A stretch of 64,000 nucleotides of DNA, taken from NCBI RefSeq assembly GCF_009914755.1, contig NC_060925.1; one strand, 5' to 3'. Shown piece by piece: positions 1 through 13,735 of this stretch. The notes below the pieces were generated by a model that saw only the letters and a list, made by a program, of their open reading frames with translations, was not told the origin of the DNA and made no database searches. Origin of the DNA: the human T2T-CHM13v2.0 reference genome, Homo sapiens. The position numbers were made by a program, and so were the translations under genes. Within the stretch, counting starts at the first letter, position 1, and every line of letters starts with the position of its first letter.

Positions 1-360
1 GAATGCAATCATCGAATGGTCTCGAATGGAATCATCTTCAAATGGAATGGAATGGAATCATCGCATAGAATCGAATGGAATTATCATCGAATGGAATCGA
101 ATGGAATCAACATCAAACGGAAAAAAACGGAATTATCGAATGGAATCGAAGAGAATCTTCGAACGGACCCGAAAGGAATCATCTAATGGAATGGAATGGA
201 ATAATCCATGGACTCGAATGCAATCATCATCGAATGGAATCGAATGGAATCATTGAATGGACTCGAATGGAATAATCATTGAACGGAATCGAATGGAATC
301 ATCATCGGATGGAAATGAATGGAATCATCATCGAATGGAATCGAATAGAATTATGGAATG

Positions 361-2136
361 AAATCCAGTGTGATCATCATCGAATGGACCCGAATGGAAT
401 CATCATCCAACGGAAGCTAATGGAATCAACATCGAATGAATCGAATGGAAACACCATCGAATTGAAACGAATGGAATTATCATGAAATTGAAATGGATGG
501 ACTCATCATCGAATGGATTCGAATGGAATCATCGAATAAAATTGATTGAAATCATCATCGAATGGAATCGAATGGTATCATTGAATGGAATCGAATGGAA
601 TCGTCATCAGATGGAAATGAATGGAATCGTCATAGAATGGAATCGAATGGATTCATTGAATAGAATCAGATGGAATCATCGAATGGACTGGAATGGAATC
701 ATTGAATGGACTCGAAAGGGATCATTATTGAATGGAATTGAATGGAATCATCGAATGGTCTCGATTGGAATCATTATCAAATGGAATCGAATGGAATCAC
801 CGAATAGAATCGAATGGAACAATCATCGAATGGACTCAAATGGAATTATCCTCAAATGGAATCGAATGGAATTATCGAATGCAATCGAATGGAATTATCG
901 AATGCAATCGAATAGAATCATCGAAAGGACTCGAATGGAATCATCGAATGGAATGGAATGGAACAGTCAATGAACTCGAATGGAATCATCATTGAATGGA
1001 ATCGAATGGAATCATCGAGTGGAATCGAATGGAATTATGATCAAATGGAATCGAATGTAATCATCATCAAATGGAATCAAAAATAACCATCATCAATTGG
1101 TATTGAATGGAATTGTCATCAAATGGAATTCAAAGGAATCATCATCAAATGGAACCGAATGGAAGCCTCATTGAATGGAAATGAAAGGGGTCATCATCTA
1201 ATGGAATCGCATGGAATCATCATCAAATGGAATCGAATGGAATCATCATCAAATGGAATCTAATGGAATCATTGAAAAGAATTGAATGGAATCATCATCG
1301 AATGAATTGAATGCAACCATCGAAAGGTCTCGAATGGAATCATCTTCTAATGGAAAGGAATGGAATCATCGCATAGAATCGAATGGAATTATCATCGAAT
1401 GGAATCGAATGGTATCAACACCAAACGGAAAAAAACGGAATTATCGAATGGAATCGAAGAGAATCTTCGAACGGACCCGAATTTAATGATCTAATGGAAT
1501 GGAATGGAATAATCCATGGACTCGAATGCAATCATCATCGAATGGAATCGAATGGAATCATCGAATGGACTCGAATGGAATAATCATTGAACGGAATCGA
1601 ATGGAATCATCATCGGATGGAAACGAATGGAATCATCATCGAATGGAAATGAAAGGAGTCATCATCTAATGGAATTGCATGGAATCATCATAAAATGGAA
1701 TCGAATGGAATCAACATCAAATGGAATCAAATGGAATCATTGAACGGAATTGAATGGAATCGTCATCGAATGAATTGAATGCAATCATCGAATGGTCTCG
1801 AATGGAATCATCTTCACATGGAATGGAATGGAATCATCGCATAGAATCGAATGGAATTATCATCGAATGAAATCGAATGGAATCAACATCAAACGGAAAA
1901 AAACGGAATTATCGAATGGAATCGAAGAGAATCATCGAATGGACCCGAATGGAATCATCTAATGGAATGGAATGGAATAATCCATGGACTCGAATGCAAT
2001 CATCATCGAATGGAATCGAATGGAATCATCGAATGGACTCGAATGGAATAATCATTGAACGGAATCGAATGGAATCATCATCGGATGGAAATGAATGGAA
2101 TCATCATCGAATGGAATCGAATAGAATTATGGAATG
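361..2136 (+). repeat. Representative canonical 1776-bp higher-order unit (about 840 bp single-copy part plus two paralogous 468-bp modules, A and B)
   Basis: Landmark aaatccagtgtgatc at 361 and 2137; EcoRI gaattc at 1126-1131. Internal paralogy at 468 offset: aaaggggtc..atcgcatgg (A) vs aaaggagtc..attgcatgg (B); ggtatcaacacc/cttcgaacgg (A) vs ggaatcaacatc/catcgaatgg (B). Confidence 0.93.
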
Positions 2137-3444
2137 AAATCCAGTGTGATCATCATCGAATGGACCCGTATGGAATCATCATCCAACGGAAGCTAATGGA
2201 ATCAACATCGAATGAATCAAATGGAAACACCATCGAATTGAAACGAATGGAATTACCATGAAATTGAAATGGATGGACTCATCATCAAATGGATTCGAGT
2301 GGAATCATCGAATAAAATTGATTGAAATCATCATCAAATGGAATCGAATGGTATCATTGAATGGAATCGAATGGAATCATCATCAGATGGAAATGAAAGG
2401 AATCGTCATAGAATGGAATTGAATGGATTCATTGAATGGAATCAGATGGAATCATTGAATGGACTGGAATGGAATCATTGAATGGACTCGAAAGGGATCA
2501 TTATTGAATGGAATTGAATGGAATCATCGAATGGTCTCGATTGGAATCATTATCAAATGGAATCGAATGGAATCACCAAATAGAATCGAATGGAACAATC
2601 ATCGAATGGACTCAAATGGAATTATCCTCAAATGGAATTGAATGGAATTGTCGAATGCAATCGAATGGAATTATCGAATGCAATCGAATAGAATCATCGA
2701 ATGGACTCGAATGGAATCATCGAATGGAATGGAATGGAACAGTCAATGAACTCGAATGGAATCATCATTGAATGGAATCGAATGGAATCATCGAGTGGAA
2801 TCGAATGGAATTATGATCAAATGGAATCGAATGTAATCATCATCAAATGGAATCAAAAATAACCATCATCAATTGGTATTGAATGGAATTCTCATCAAAT
2901 GGAATTCAAAGGAATCATCATCAAATGGAACCGAATGGTATCCTCATTGAATGGAAATGAAAGGGGTCATCATCTAATGGAATCGCATGGAATCATCATC
3001 AAATGGAATCGAATGGAATCAACATCAAATGGAATCAAATGGAGTCATTGAACGGAATTGAATGGAATCGTCATCGAATGAATTGAATGCAATCATCGAA
3101 TGGTCTCGAATGGAATCATCTTCAAATGGAATGGAATGGAATCATCACATACAATCGAATGGAATTATCATCGAATGGAATCGAATGGAATCAACATCAA
3201 ACGGAAAAAAACGGAATTATCGAATGGAATCGAAGAGAATCATCGAATGGACCCGAATGGAATCATCTAATGGAATGGAATGGAATAATCCATGGACTCG
3301 AATGCAATCATCATCGAATGGAATCGAATGGAATCATCGAATGGTCTCGAATGGAATAATCATTGAACGGAATCGAATGGAATCATCATCGGATGGAAAC
3401 GAATGGAATCATCATCGAATGGAATCGAATAGATTTATGGAATG
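2137..3444 (+). repeat. 1308-bp collapsed unit (one chimeric A/B module); sister copies at 42934-44241 and 46018-47325
   Basis: Landmark spacing 1308 = 1776-468. Shared private variants ggattcgagtgg, caccaaatag, ggaattctcatc, ggagtcattg, atcacat, agatttatgg. Confidence 0.9.
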
Positions 3445-6400
3445 AAATCCAGTGTGATCATCATCGAATGGACCCGAATGGAATCATCATCCAACGGAAG
3501 CTAATGAAATCAACATCGAATGAATCAAATGGAAACACCATCGAATTGAAACGAATGGAATTACCATGAAATTGAAATGGATGGACTCATCATCAAATGG
3601 ATTCGAATGGAATCATCGAATAAAATTGATTGAAATCATCATCGAATGGAATCGAATGGTATCATTGAATGGAATCGAATGGAATCATCATCAGATGGAA
3701 ATGAATGGAATCGTCATAGAATGGAATCGAATGGATTCATTGAATGGAATCAGATGGAATCATTGAATGGACTGGAATGGAATCATTGAACGGACTCGAA
3801 AGGGATCATGATTGAATGGAATTGAATGGAATCATGGAATGGTCTCGATTGGAATCATTATCAAATGGAATCGAATGGAATCACCGAATAGAATCGAATG
3901 GAACAATCATCGAATGGACTCAAATGGAATTATCCTCAAATGGAATCGAATGGAATTATCGAATGCAATCGAATGGAATTATCGAATGCAATCGAATAGA
4001 ATCATCGAAAGGACTCGAATGGAATCATCGAATGGAATGGAATGGAACAGTCAATGAACTCGAATGGAATCATCATTGAATGGAATCGAATGGAATCATC
4101 GAGTGGAATCGAATGGAATTATGATCAAATGGAATCGAATGTAATCATCATCAAATGGAATCAAAAATAACCATCATCAATTGGTATTGAATGGAATTGT
4201 CATCAAATGGAATTCAAAGGAATCATCATCAAATGGAACCGAATGGAATCCTCATTGAATGGAAATGAAAGGGGTCATCATCTAATGGAATCGCATGGAA
4301 TCATCATCAAATGGAATCGAATGGAATCATCATCAAATGGAATCTAATGGAATCATTGAAAAGAATTGAATGGAATCATCATCGAATGAATTGAATGCAA
4401 TCATCGAATGGTCTCGAATGGAATCATCTTCTAATGGAAAGGAATGGAATCATCGCATAGAATCGAATGGAATTATCATCGAATGGAATCGAATGGTATC
4501 AACACCAAACGGAAAAAAACGGAATTATCGAATGGAATCGAAGAGAATCTTCGAACGGACACGAATGGAATCATCTAATGGAATGGAATGGAATAATCCA
4601 TGGACTCGAATGCAATCATCATCGAATGGAATCGAATGGAATCATCGAATGGACTCGAATGGAATAATCATTGAACGGAATCGAATGGAATCATCAACGG
4701 ATGGAAACGAATGGAATCATCATCGAATGGAAATGAAAGGAGTCATCATCTAATGGAATTGCATGGAATCATCATAAAATGGAATCGAATGGAATCAACA
4801 TCAAATGGAATCAAATGGAATCATTGAACGGAATTGAATGGAATCGTCATCGAATGAATTGAATGCAATCATCGAATGGTCTCGAATGGAATCATCTTCA
4901 AATGGAATGGAATGGAATCATCGCATAGAATCGAATGGAATTATCATCGAATGGAATCGAATGGAATCAACATCAAACGGAAAAAAACGGAATTATCGAA
5001 TGGAATCGAAGAGAATCATCGAATGGACCCGAATGGAATCATCTAATGGAATGGAATGGAATAATCGATGGACTCGAATGCAATCATCATCGAATGGAAT
5101 CGAATGGAATCATCGAATGGACTCGAATGGAATAATCATTGAACGGAATCGAATGGAATCATCATCGGATGGAAATGAAAGGAGTCATCATCTAATGGAA
5201 TTGCATGGAATCATCATAAAGTGGAATCGAATGGAATCAACATCAAATGGAATCAAATGGAATCATTGAACGGAATTGAATGGAATCGTCATCGAATGAA
5301 TTGAATGCAATCATCGAATGGTCTCGAATGGAATCATCTTCAAATGGAATGGAATGGAATCATCGCATAGAATCGAATGGAATTATCATCGAATGGAATC
5401 GAATGGAATCAATATCAAACGGAAAAAAACGGAATTATCGAATGGAATCGAAGAGAATCATCGAATGGACCCGAATGGAATCATCTAATGGAATGGAATG
5501 GAATAATCCATGGACTCGAATGCAATCATCATCGAATGGAATCGAATGGAATCATCGAATGGACTCGAATGGAAAAATCATTGAACGGAATCGAATGGAA
5601 TCATCATCGGATGGAAACGAATGGAATCATCATCGAATGGAAATGAAAGGAGTCATCATCTAATGGAATTGCATGGAATCATCATAAAATGGAATCGAAT
5701 GGAATCAACATCAAATGGAATCAAATGGAATCATTGAACGGAATTGAATGGAATCGTCATCGAATAAATTGAATGCAATCATCGAATGGTCTCGAATGGA
5801 ATCATCTTCAAATGGAATGGAATGGAATCATCGCATAGAATCGAATGGAATTATCATCGAATGGAATCGAATGGAATCAACATCAAACGGAAAAAAACGG
5901 AATTATCGAATGGAATCGAAGAGAATCATCGAATGGACCCGAATGGAATCATCTAATGGAATGGAATGGAATAATCCATGGACTCGAATGCAATCATCTT
6001 CGAATGGAATCGAATGGAATCATCGAATGGACTCGAATGGAATAATCATTGAACGGAATCGAATGGAATCATCATCGGATGGAAATGAAAGGAGTCATCA
6101 TCTAATGGAATTGCATGGAATCATCATAAAATGGAATCGAATGGAATCAACATCAAATGGAATCAAATGGAATCATTGAACGGAATTGAATGGAATCGTC
6201 ATCGAATGAATTGAATGCAATCATCGAATGATCTCGAATGGAATCATCTTCAAATGGAATGGAATGGAATCATCGCATAGAATCGAATGGAATTATCATC
6301 GAATGGAATCGAATGGAATCAACATCAAACGGAAAAAAACGGAATTATCGAATGGAATCGAAGAGAATCATCGAATGGACCCGAATGGAATCATCTAATG

Positions 6401-6572
6401 GAATGGAATGGAATAATCCATGGACTCGAATGCAATCATCATCGAATGGAATCGAATGGAATCATCGAATGGACTCGAATGGAATAATCATTGAACGGAA
6501 TCGAATGGAATCATCATCGGATGGAAATGAATGGAATCATCATCGAATGGAATCGAATAAAATTATGGAATG
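3445..6572 (+). repeat. 3128-bp expanded unit: core + 468 + 442 + 468 + 442 modules
   Basis: Module starts at 4370, 4838, 5280, 5748, 6190 (spacings 468, 442, 468, 442). Confidence 0.9.
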
Positions 6573-8348
6573 AAATCCAGTGTGATCATCATCGAATGGA
6601 CCCGAATGGAATCATCATCCAACGGAAGCTAATGGAATCAACATCGAATGAATCAAATGGAAACACCATCGAATTGAAACGAATGGAATTACCATGAAAT
6701 TGAAATGGATGGACTCATCATCGAATGGATTCGAAAGGAATCATCGAATAAAATTGATTGAAATCATCATCGAATGGAATCGAATGGTATCAATGAATGG
6801 AATCGAATGGAATCATCATCAGATGGAAATGAATGGAATCGTCATAGAATGGAATCGAATGGATTCATTGAATGGAATCAGATGGAATCATCGAATGGAC
6901 TGGAATGGAATCATTGAATGGACTCGAAAGAGATCATGATTGAATGGAATTGAATGGAATCATCGAATGGTCTCGATTGGAATCATTATCAAATGGAATC
7001 GAATGGAATCACCGAATAGAATCGAATGGAACAATCATCGAATGGACTCAAATGGAATTATCCTCAAATGGAATCGAATGGAATTATCGAATGCAATCGA
7101 ATGGAATTATCGAATGCAATCGAATAGAATCATCGAATGGACTCGAATGGAATCATCGAATGGAATGGAATGGAACAGTCAATGAACTCGAATGGAATCA
7201 TCATTGAATGGAATCGAATGGAATCATCGAGTGGAATCGAATGGAATTATGATCAAATGGAATCGAATGTAATCATCATCAAATGGAATCAAAAATAACC
7301 ATCATCAATTGGTATTGAATGGAATTGTCATCAAATGGAATTCAAAGGAAACATCATCAAATGGAACCGAATGGAATCCTCATTGAATGGAAATGAAAGG
7401 GGTCATCATCTAATGGAATCGCATGGAATCATCATCAAATGGAATCGAATGGAATCATCATCAAATGGAATCTAATGGAATCATTGAACAGAATTGAATG
7501 GAATCGTCATCGAATGAATTGAATGCAATCATCGAATGGTCTCGAATGGAACCATCTTCTAATGGAAAGGAATGGAATCATCGCATAGAATCGAATGGAA
7601 TTATCATCGAATGGAATCGAATGGTATCAACACCAAACGGAAAAAAACGGAATTATCGAATGGAATCGAAGAGAATCTTCGAACGGACCCGAATGGAATC
7701 ATCTAATGGAATGGAATGGAATAATCCATGGACTCGAATGCAATCATCATCGAATGGAATCGAATGGAATCATCGAATGGACTCGAATGAAATAATCATT
7801 GAACGGAATCGAATGGAATCATCATCGGATGGAAACGAATGGAATCATCATCGAATGGAAATGAAAGGAGTCATCATCTAATGGAATTGCATGGAATCAT
7901 CATAAAATGGAATCGAATGGAATCAACATCAAATGGAATCAAATGGAATCATTGAACGGAATTGAATGGAATCGTCATCGAATGAATTGAATGCAATCAT
8001 CGAATGGTCTCGAATGGAATCATCTTCAAATGGAATGGAATGGAATCATCGCATAGAATCGAATGGAATTATCATCGAATGGAATCGAATGGAATCAACA
8101 TCAAACGGAAAAAAACGGAATTATCGAATGGAATCGAAGAGAATCATCGAATGGACCCGAATGGAATCATCTAATGGAATGGAATGGAATAATCCATGGA
8201 CTCGAATGCAATCATCATCGAATGGAATCGAATGGAATCATCCAATGGACTCGAATGGAATAATCATTGAACGGAATCGAATGGAATCATCATCGTATGG
8301 AAATGAATGGAATCATCATCGAATGGAATCGAATAGAATTATGGAATG

Positions 8349-11034
8349 AAATCCAGTGTGATCATCATCGAATGGACCCGAATGGAATCATCATCCAACG
8401 GATGCTAATGGAATCAACATCGAATGAATCAAATGGAAACACCATCGAATTGAAACGAATGGAATTACCATGAAATTGAAATGGATGGACTCATCATCGA
8501 ATGGATTTGAAAGGAATCATCGAATAAAATTGATTGAAATCATCATCGAATGGAATCGAATGGTATCATTGAATGGAATCGAATGGAATCATCATCAGAT
8601 GGAAATGAATGGAATCGTCATAGAATGGAATCGAATGGATTCATTGAATGGAATCAGATGGAATCATCGAATGGACTGGAATGGAATCATTGAATGGACT
8701 CGAAAGAGATCATGATTGAATGGAATTGAATGGAATCATCGAATGGTCTCGATTGGAATCATTATCAAATGGAATCGAATGGAATCACCGAATAGAATCG
8801 AATGGAACAATCATCGAATGGACTCAAATGGAATTATCCTCCAATGGAATCGAATGGAATTATCGAATGCAATCGAATGGAATTATCGAATGCAATCGAA
8901 TAGAATCATCGAATGGACTCGAATGGAATCATCGAATGGAATGGAATGGAACAGTCAATGAACTCGAATGGAATCATCATTGAATGGAATCGAATGGAAT
9001 CATCGAGGGGAATCGAATGGAATTATGATCAAATGGAATCGAATGTAATCATCATCAAATGGAATCAAAAATAACCATCATCAATTGGTATTGAATGGAA
9101 TTGTCATCAAATGGAATTCAAAGGAAACATCATCAAATGGAACCGAATGGAATCCTCATTGAATGGAAATGAAAGGGGTCATCATCTAATGGAATCGCAT
9201 GGAATCATCATCAAATGGAATCGAATGGAATCATCATCAAATGGAATCTAATGGAATCATTGAACAGAATTGAATGGAATCGTCATCGAATGAATTGAAT
9301 GCAATCATCGAATGGTCTCGAATGGAACCATCTTCTAATGGAAAGGAATGGAATCATCGCATAGAATCGAATGGAATTATCATCGAATGGAATCGAATGG
9401 TATCAACACCAAACGGAAAAAAACGGAATTATCGAATGGAATCGAAGAGAATCTTCGAACGGACCCGAATGGAATCATCTAATGGAATGGAATGGAATAA
9501 TCCATGGACTCGAATGCAATGATCATCGAATGGAATCGAATGGAATCATCGAATGGACTCGAATGAAATAATCATTGAACGGAATCGAATGGAATCATCA
9601 TCGGATGGAAATGAAAGGAGTCATCATCTAATGGAATTGCATGGAATCATCATAAAATGGAATCGAATGGAATCAACATCAAATGGAATCAAATGGAATC
9701 ATTGAACGGAATTGAATGGAATCGTCATCGAATGAATTGAATGCAATCATCGAATGGTCTCGAATGGAATCATCTTCAAATGGAATGGAATGGAATCATC
9801 GCATAGAATCGAATGGAATTATCATCGAATGGAATCGAATGGTATCAACACCAAACGGAAAAAAACGGAATTATCAAATGGAATCGAAGAGAATCTTCGA
9901 ACGGACCCGAATGGAATCATCTAATGGAATGGAATGGAATAATCCATGGACTCGAATGCAATCATCATCGAATGGAATCGAATGGAATCATCGAATGGAC
10001 TCGAATGGAATAATCATTGAACGGAATCGAATGGAATCATCATCGGATGGAAACGAATGGAATCATCATCGAATGGAAATGAAAGGAGTCATCATCTAAT
10101 GGAATTGCATGGAATCATCATAAAATGGAATCGAATGGAATCAACATCAAATGGAATCAAATGGAATCATTGAACGGAATTGAATGGAATCGTCATCGAA
10201 TGAATTGACTGCAATCATCGAATGGTCTCGAATGGAATCATCTTCAAATGGAATGGAATGGAATCATCGCATAGAATCGAATGGAATTATCATCGAATGG
10301 AATCGAATGGTATCAACACCAAACGGAAAAAAACGGAATTATCGAATGGAATCGAAGAGAATCTTCGAACGGACCCGAATGGAATCATCTAATGGAATGG
10401 AATGGAATGATCCATAGACTCGAATGCAATCATCATCGAATGGAATCGAATGGAATCATCGAATGGACTCGAATGGAATAATCATTGAATGGAATCGAAT
10501 GGAATCATCATCGGATGGAAACGAATGGAATCATCATCGAATGGAAATGAAAGGAGTCATCATCTAATGGAATTGCATGGAATCATCATAAAATGGAATC
10601 GAATGGAATCAACATCAAATGGAATCAAATGGAATCATTGAACGGAATTGAATGGAATCGTCATCGAATGAATTGACTGCAATCATCGAATGGTCTCGAA
10701 TGGAATCATCTTCAAATGGAATGGAATGCAATCATCGCATAGAATCGAATGGAATTATCATCGAATGGAATCGAATGGAATCAACATCAAACGGAAAAAA
10801 ACAGAATTATCGTATGGAATCGAAGAGAATCATCGAATGGACCCGAATGGAATCATCTAATGGAATGGAATGGAATAATCCATGGACTCGAATGCAATCA
10901 TCATCGAATGGAATCGAATGGAATCATCGAATGGACTCGAATGGAATAATCATTGAACGGAATCGAATGGAATCATCATCGGATGGAAATGAATGGAATC
11001 ATCATCCAATGGAATCGAATAGAATTATGGAATG
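8349..11034 (+). repeat. 2686-bp expanded unit: core + 442 + 468 + 468 modules
   Basis: Module starts at 9274, 9716, 10184, 10652. Confidence 0.9.
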
Positions 11035-13735
11035 AAATCCAGTGTGATCATCATCGAATGGACCCGAATGGAATCATCATCCAACGGAAGCTAATGGAAT
11101 CAACATCGAATGAATCGAATGGAAACACCATCGAATTGAAACGAATGGAATTATCATGAAATTGAAATGGATGGACTCATCATCGAATGGATTCGAATGG
11201 AATCATCGAATAAAATTGATTGAAATCATCATCAAAAGGAATCGAATGGTATCATTGAATGGAATCGAATGGAATCATCATCAGATGGAAATGAATGGAA
11301 TCGTCATAGAATGGAATCGAATGGATTCATTGAATGGAATCAGATGGAATCATCGAATGGACTGGAATGGAATCATTGAATGGACTCGAAAGGGATCATT
11401 ATTGAATGGAATTGAATGGAATCATCGAATGGTCTCGATTGGAATCATTATCAAATGGAATCGAATGGAATCACCGAATAGAATCGAATGGAACAATCAT
11501 CGAATGGACTCAAATGGAATTATCCTCAAATGGAATCGAATGGAATTATCGAATGCAATCGAATGGAATTATTGAATGCAATCGAATAGAATCATCGAAT
11601 GGACTCGAATGGAATCATCGAATGGAATGGAATGGAACAGTCAATGAACTCGAATGGAATCATCATTGAATGGAATCGAATGGAATCATCGAGTGGAATC
11701 GAATGGAATTATGATCAAATGGAATCGAATGTAATCATCATCAAATGGAATCAAAAATAACCATCATCAATTGGTATTGAATGGAATTGTCATCAAATGG
11801 AATTCAAAGGAATCATTATCAAATGGAACCGAATGGAAGCCTCATTGAATGGAAATGAAAGGGGTCATCATCTAATGGAATTGCATGGAATCATCATCAA
11901 ATGGAATCGAATGGAATCATCATCAAATGGAATCTAATGGAATCATTGAACAGAATTGAATGGAATCGTCATCGAATGAATTGAATGCAATCATCGAATG
12001 GTCTCGAATGGAATCATCTTCTAATGGAAAGGAATGGAATCATCGCATAGAATCGAATGGAATTATCATCGAATGGAATCGAATGGTATCAACACCAAAC
12101 GGAAAAAAACGGAATTATCGAATGGAATCGAAGAGAATCTTCGAACGGACCCGAATGGAATCATCTAATGGAATGGAACGGAATAATCCATGGACTCGAA
12201 TGCAATCATCATCGAATGGAATCGAATGGAATCATCGAATGGACTCGAATGGAATAATCATTGAACGGAATCGAATGGAATCATCATCGGATGGAAACGA
12301 ATGGAATCATCATCCAATGGAAATGAAAGGAGTCATCATCTAATGGAATTGCATGGAATCATCATAAAATGGAATCGAATGGAATCAACATCAAATGGAA
12401 TCAAATGGAATCATTGAACGGAATTGAATGGAATCGTCATCGAATGAATTGAATGCAATCATCGAATGGTCTAGAATTGAATCATCTTCAAATGGAATGG
12501 AATGGAATCATCGCATAGAATCGAATGGAAGTATCATCGAATGGAATCGAATGGAATCAACATCAAACGGAAAAAAACGGAATTATCGAATGGAATCGAA
12601 GAGAATCATCGAATGGACCCGAATGGAATCATCTAATGGAATGGAATGGAATAATCCATGCACTCGAATGCAATCATCATCGAATGGAATCGAATGGAAT
12701 CATCCAATGGACTCGAATGGAATAATCATTGAACGGAATCGAATGGAATCATCATCGGATGGAAATGAATGGAATCATCATCGAATGGAATCGAATAGAA
12801 TTATGGAATGAAATCCAGTGTGATCATCATCGAATGGACCCGAATGGAATCATCATCCAACTGAAGCTAATGGAATCAACATCGAATGAATCGAATGGAA
12901 ACACCATCGAATTGAAACGAATGGAATTATCATGAAATTGAAATGGATGGACTCATCATCGAATGGATTCGAATGGAATCATCGAATAAAATTGATTGAA
13001 ATCATCATCCAATGGAATCGAATGGTATCATTGAATGGAATCGAATGGAATCATCATCAGATGGAAATGAATGGAATCGTCATAGAATGGAATCGAATGG
13101 ATTCATTGAATGGAATCAGATGGAATCATCGAATGGACTGGAATGGAATCATTGAATGGACTCGAAAGGGATCATGATTGAATGGAATTGAATGGAATCA
13201 TCGAATGGTCTCGATTGGAATCATTAACAAATGGAATCGAATGGAATCACCGAATAGAATCGAATGGAACAATCATCGAATGGACTCAAATGGAATTATC
13301 CTCCAATGGAATCGAATGGAATTATCGAATGCAATCGAATGGAATTATCGAATGCAATCGAATAGAATCATCGAATGGACTCGAATGGAATCATCGAATG
13401 GAATGGAATGGAACAGTCAAGGAACTCGAATGGAATCATCATTGAATGGAATCGAATGGAATCATCGAGTGGAATCGAATGGAAATATGATCAAATGGAA
13501 TCGAATATAATCATCATCAAATGGAATCAAAAATAACCATCATTAATTGGTATTGAATGGAATTGTCATCAAATGGAATTCAAAGGAATCATCATCAAAT
13601 GGAACTGAATGGAATCCTCATTGAATGGAAATGAAAGGGGTCATCATCTAATGGAATCGCATGGAATCATCATCAAATGGAATCGAATGGAATCATCATC
13701 AAATGGAATCTGATGGAATCATTGAACAGAATTGA

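Noticed and set aside
114-135. A7 tract (aaacggaaaaaaacgg) as a retro-insertion tail or terminator
   Set aside because: Fixed-length substitution variant of a normal monomer present in nearly every module; no hairpin or associated element.
151-165. Heat-shock-element-like gagaatcttcgaac in A modules
   Set aside because: Only two correctly spaced inverted nGAAn units; the third is out of phase, so it is not a canonical HSF1 element.
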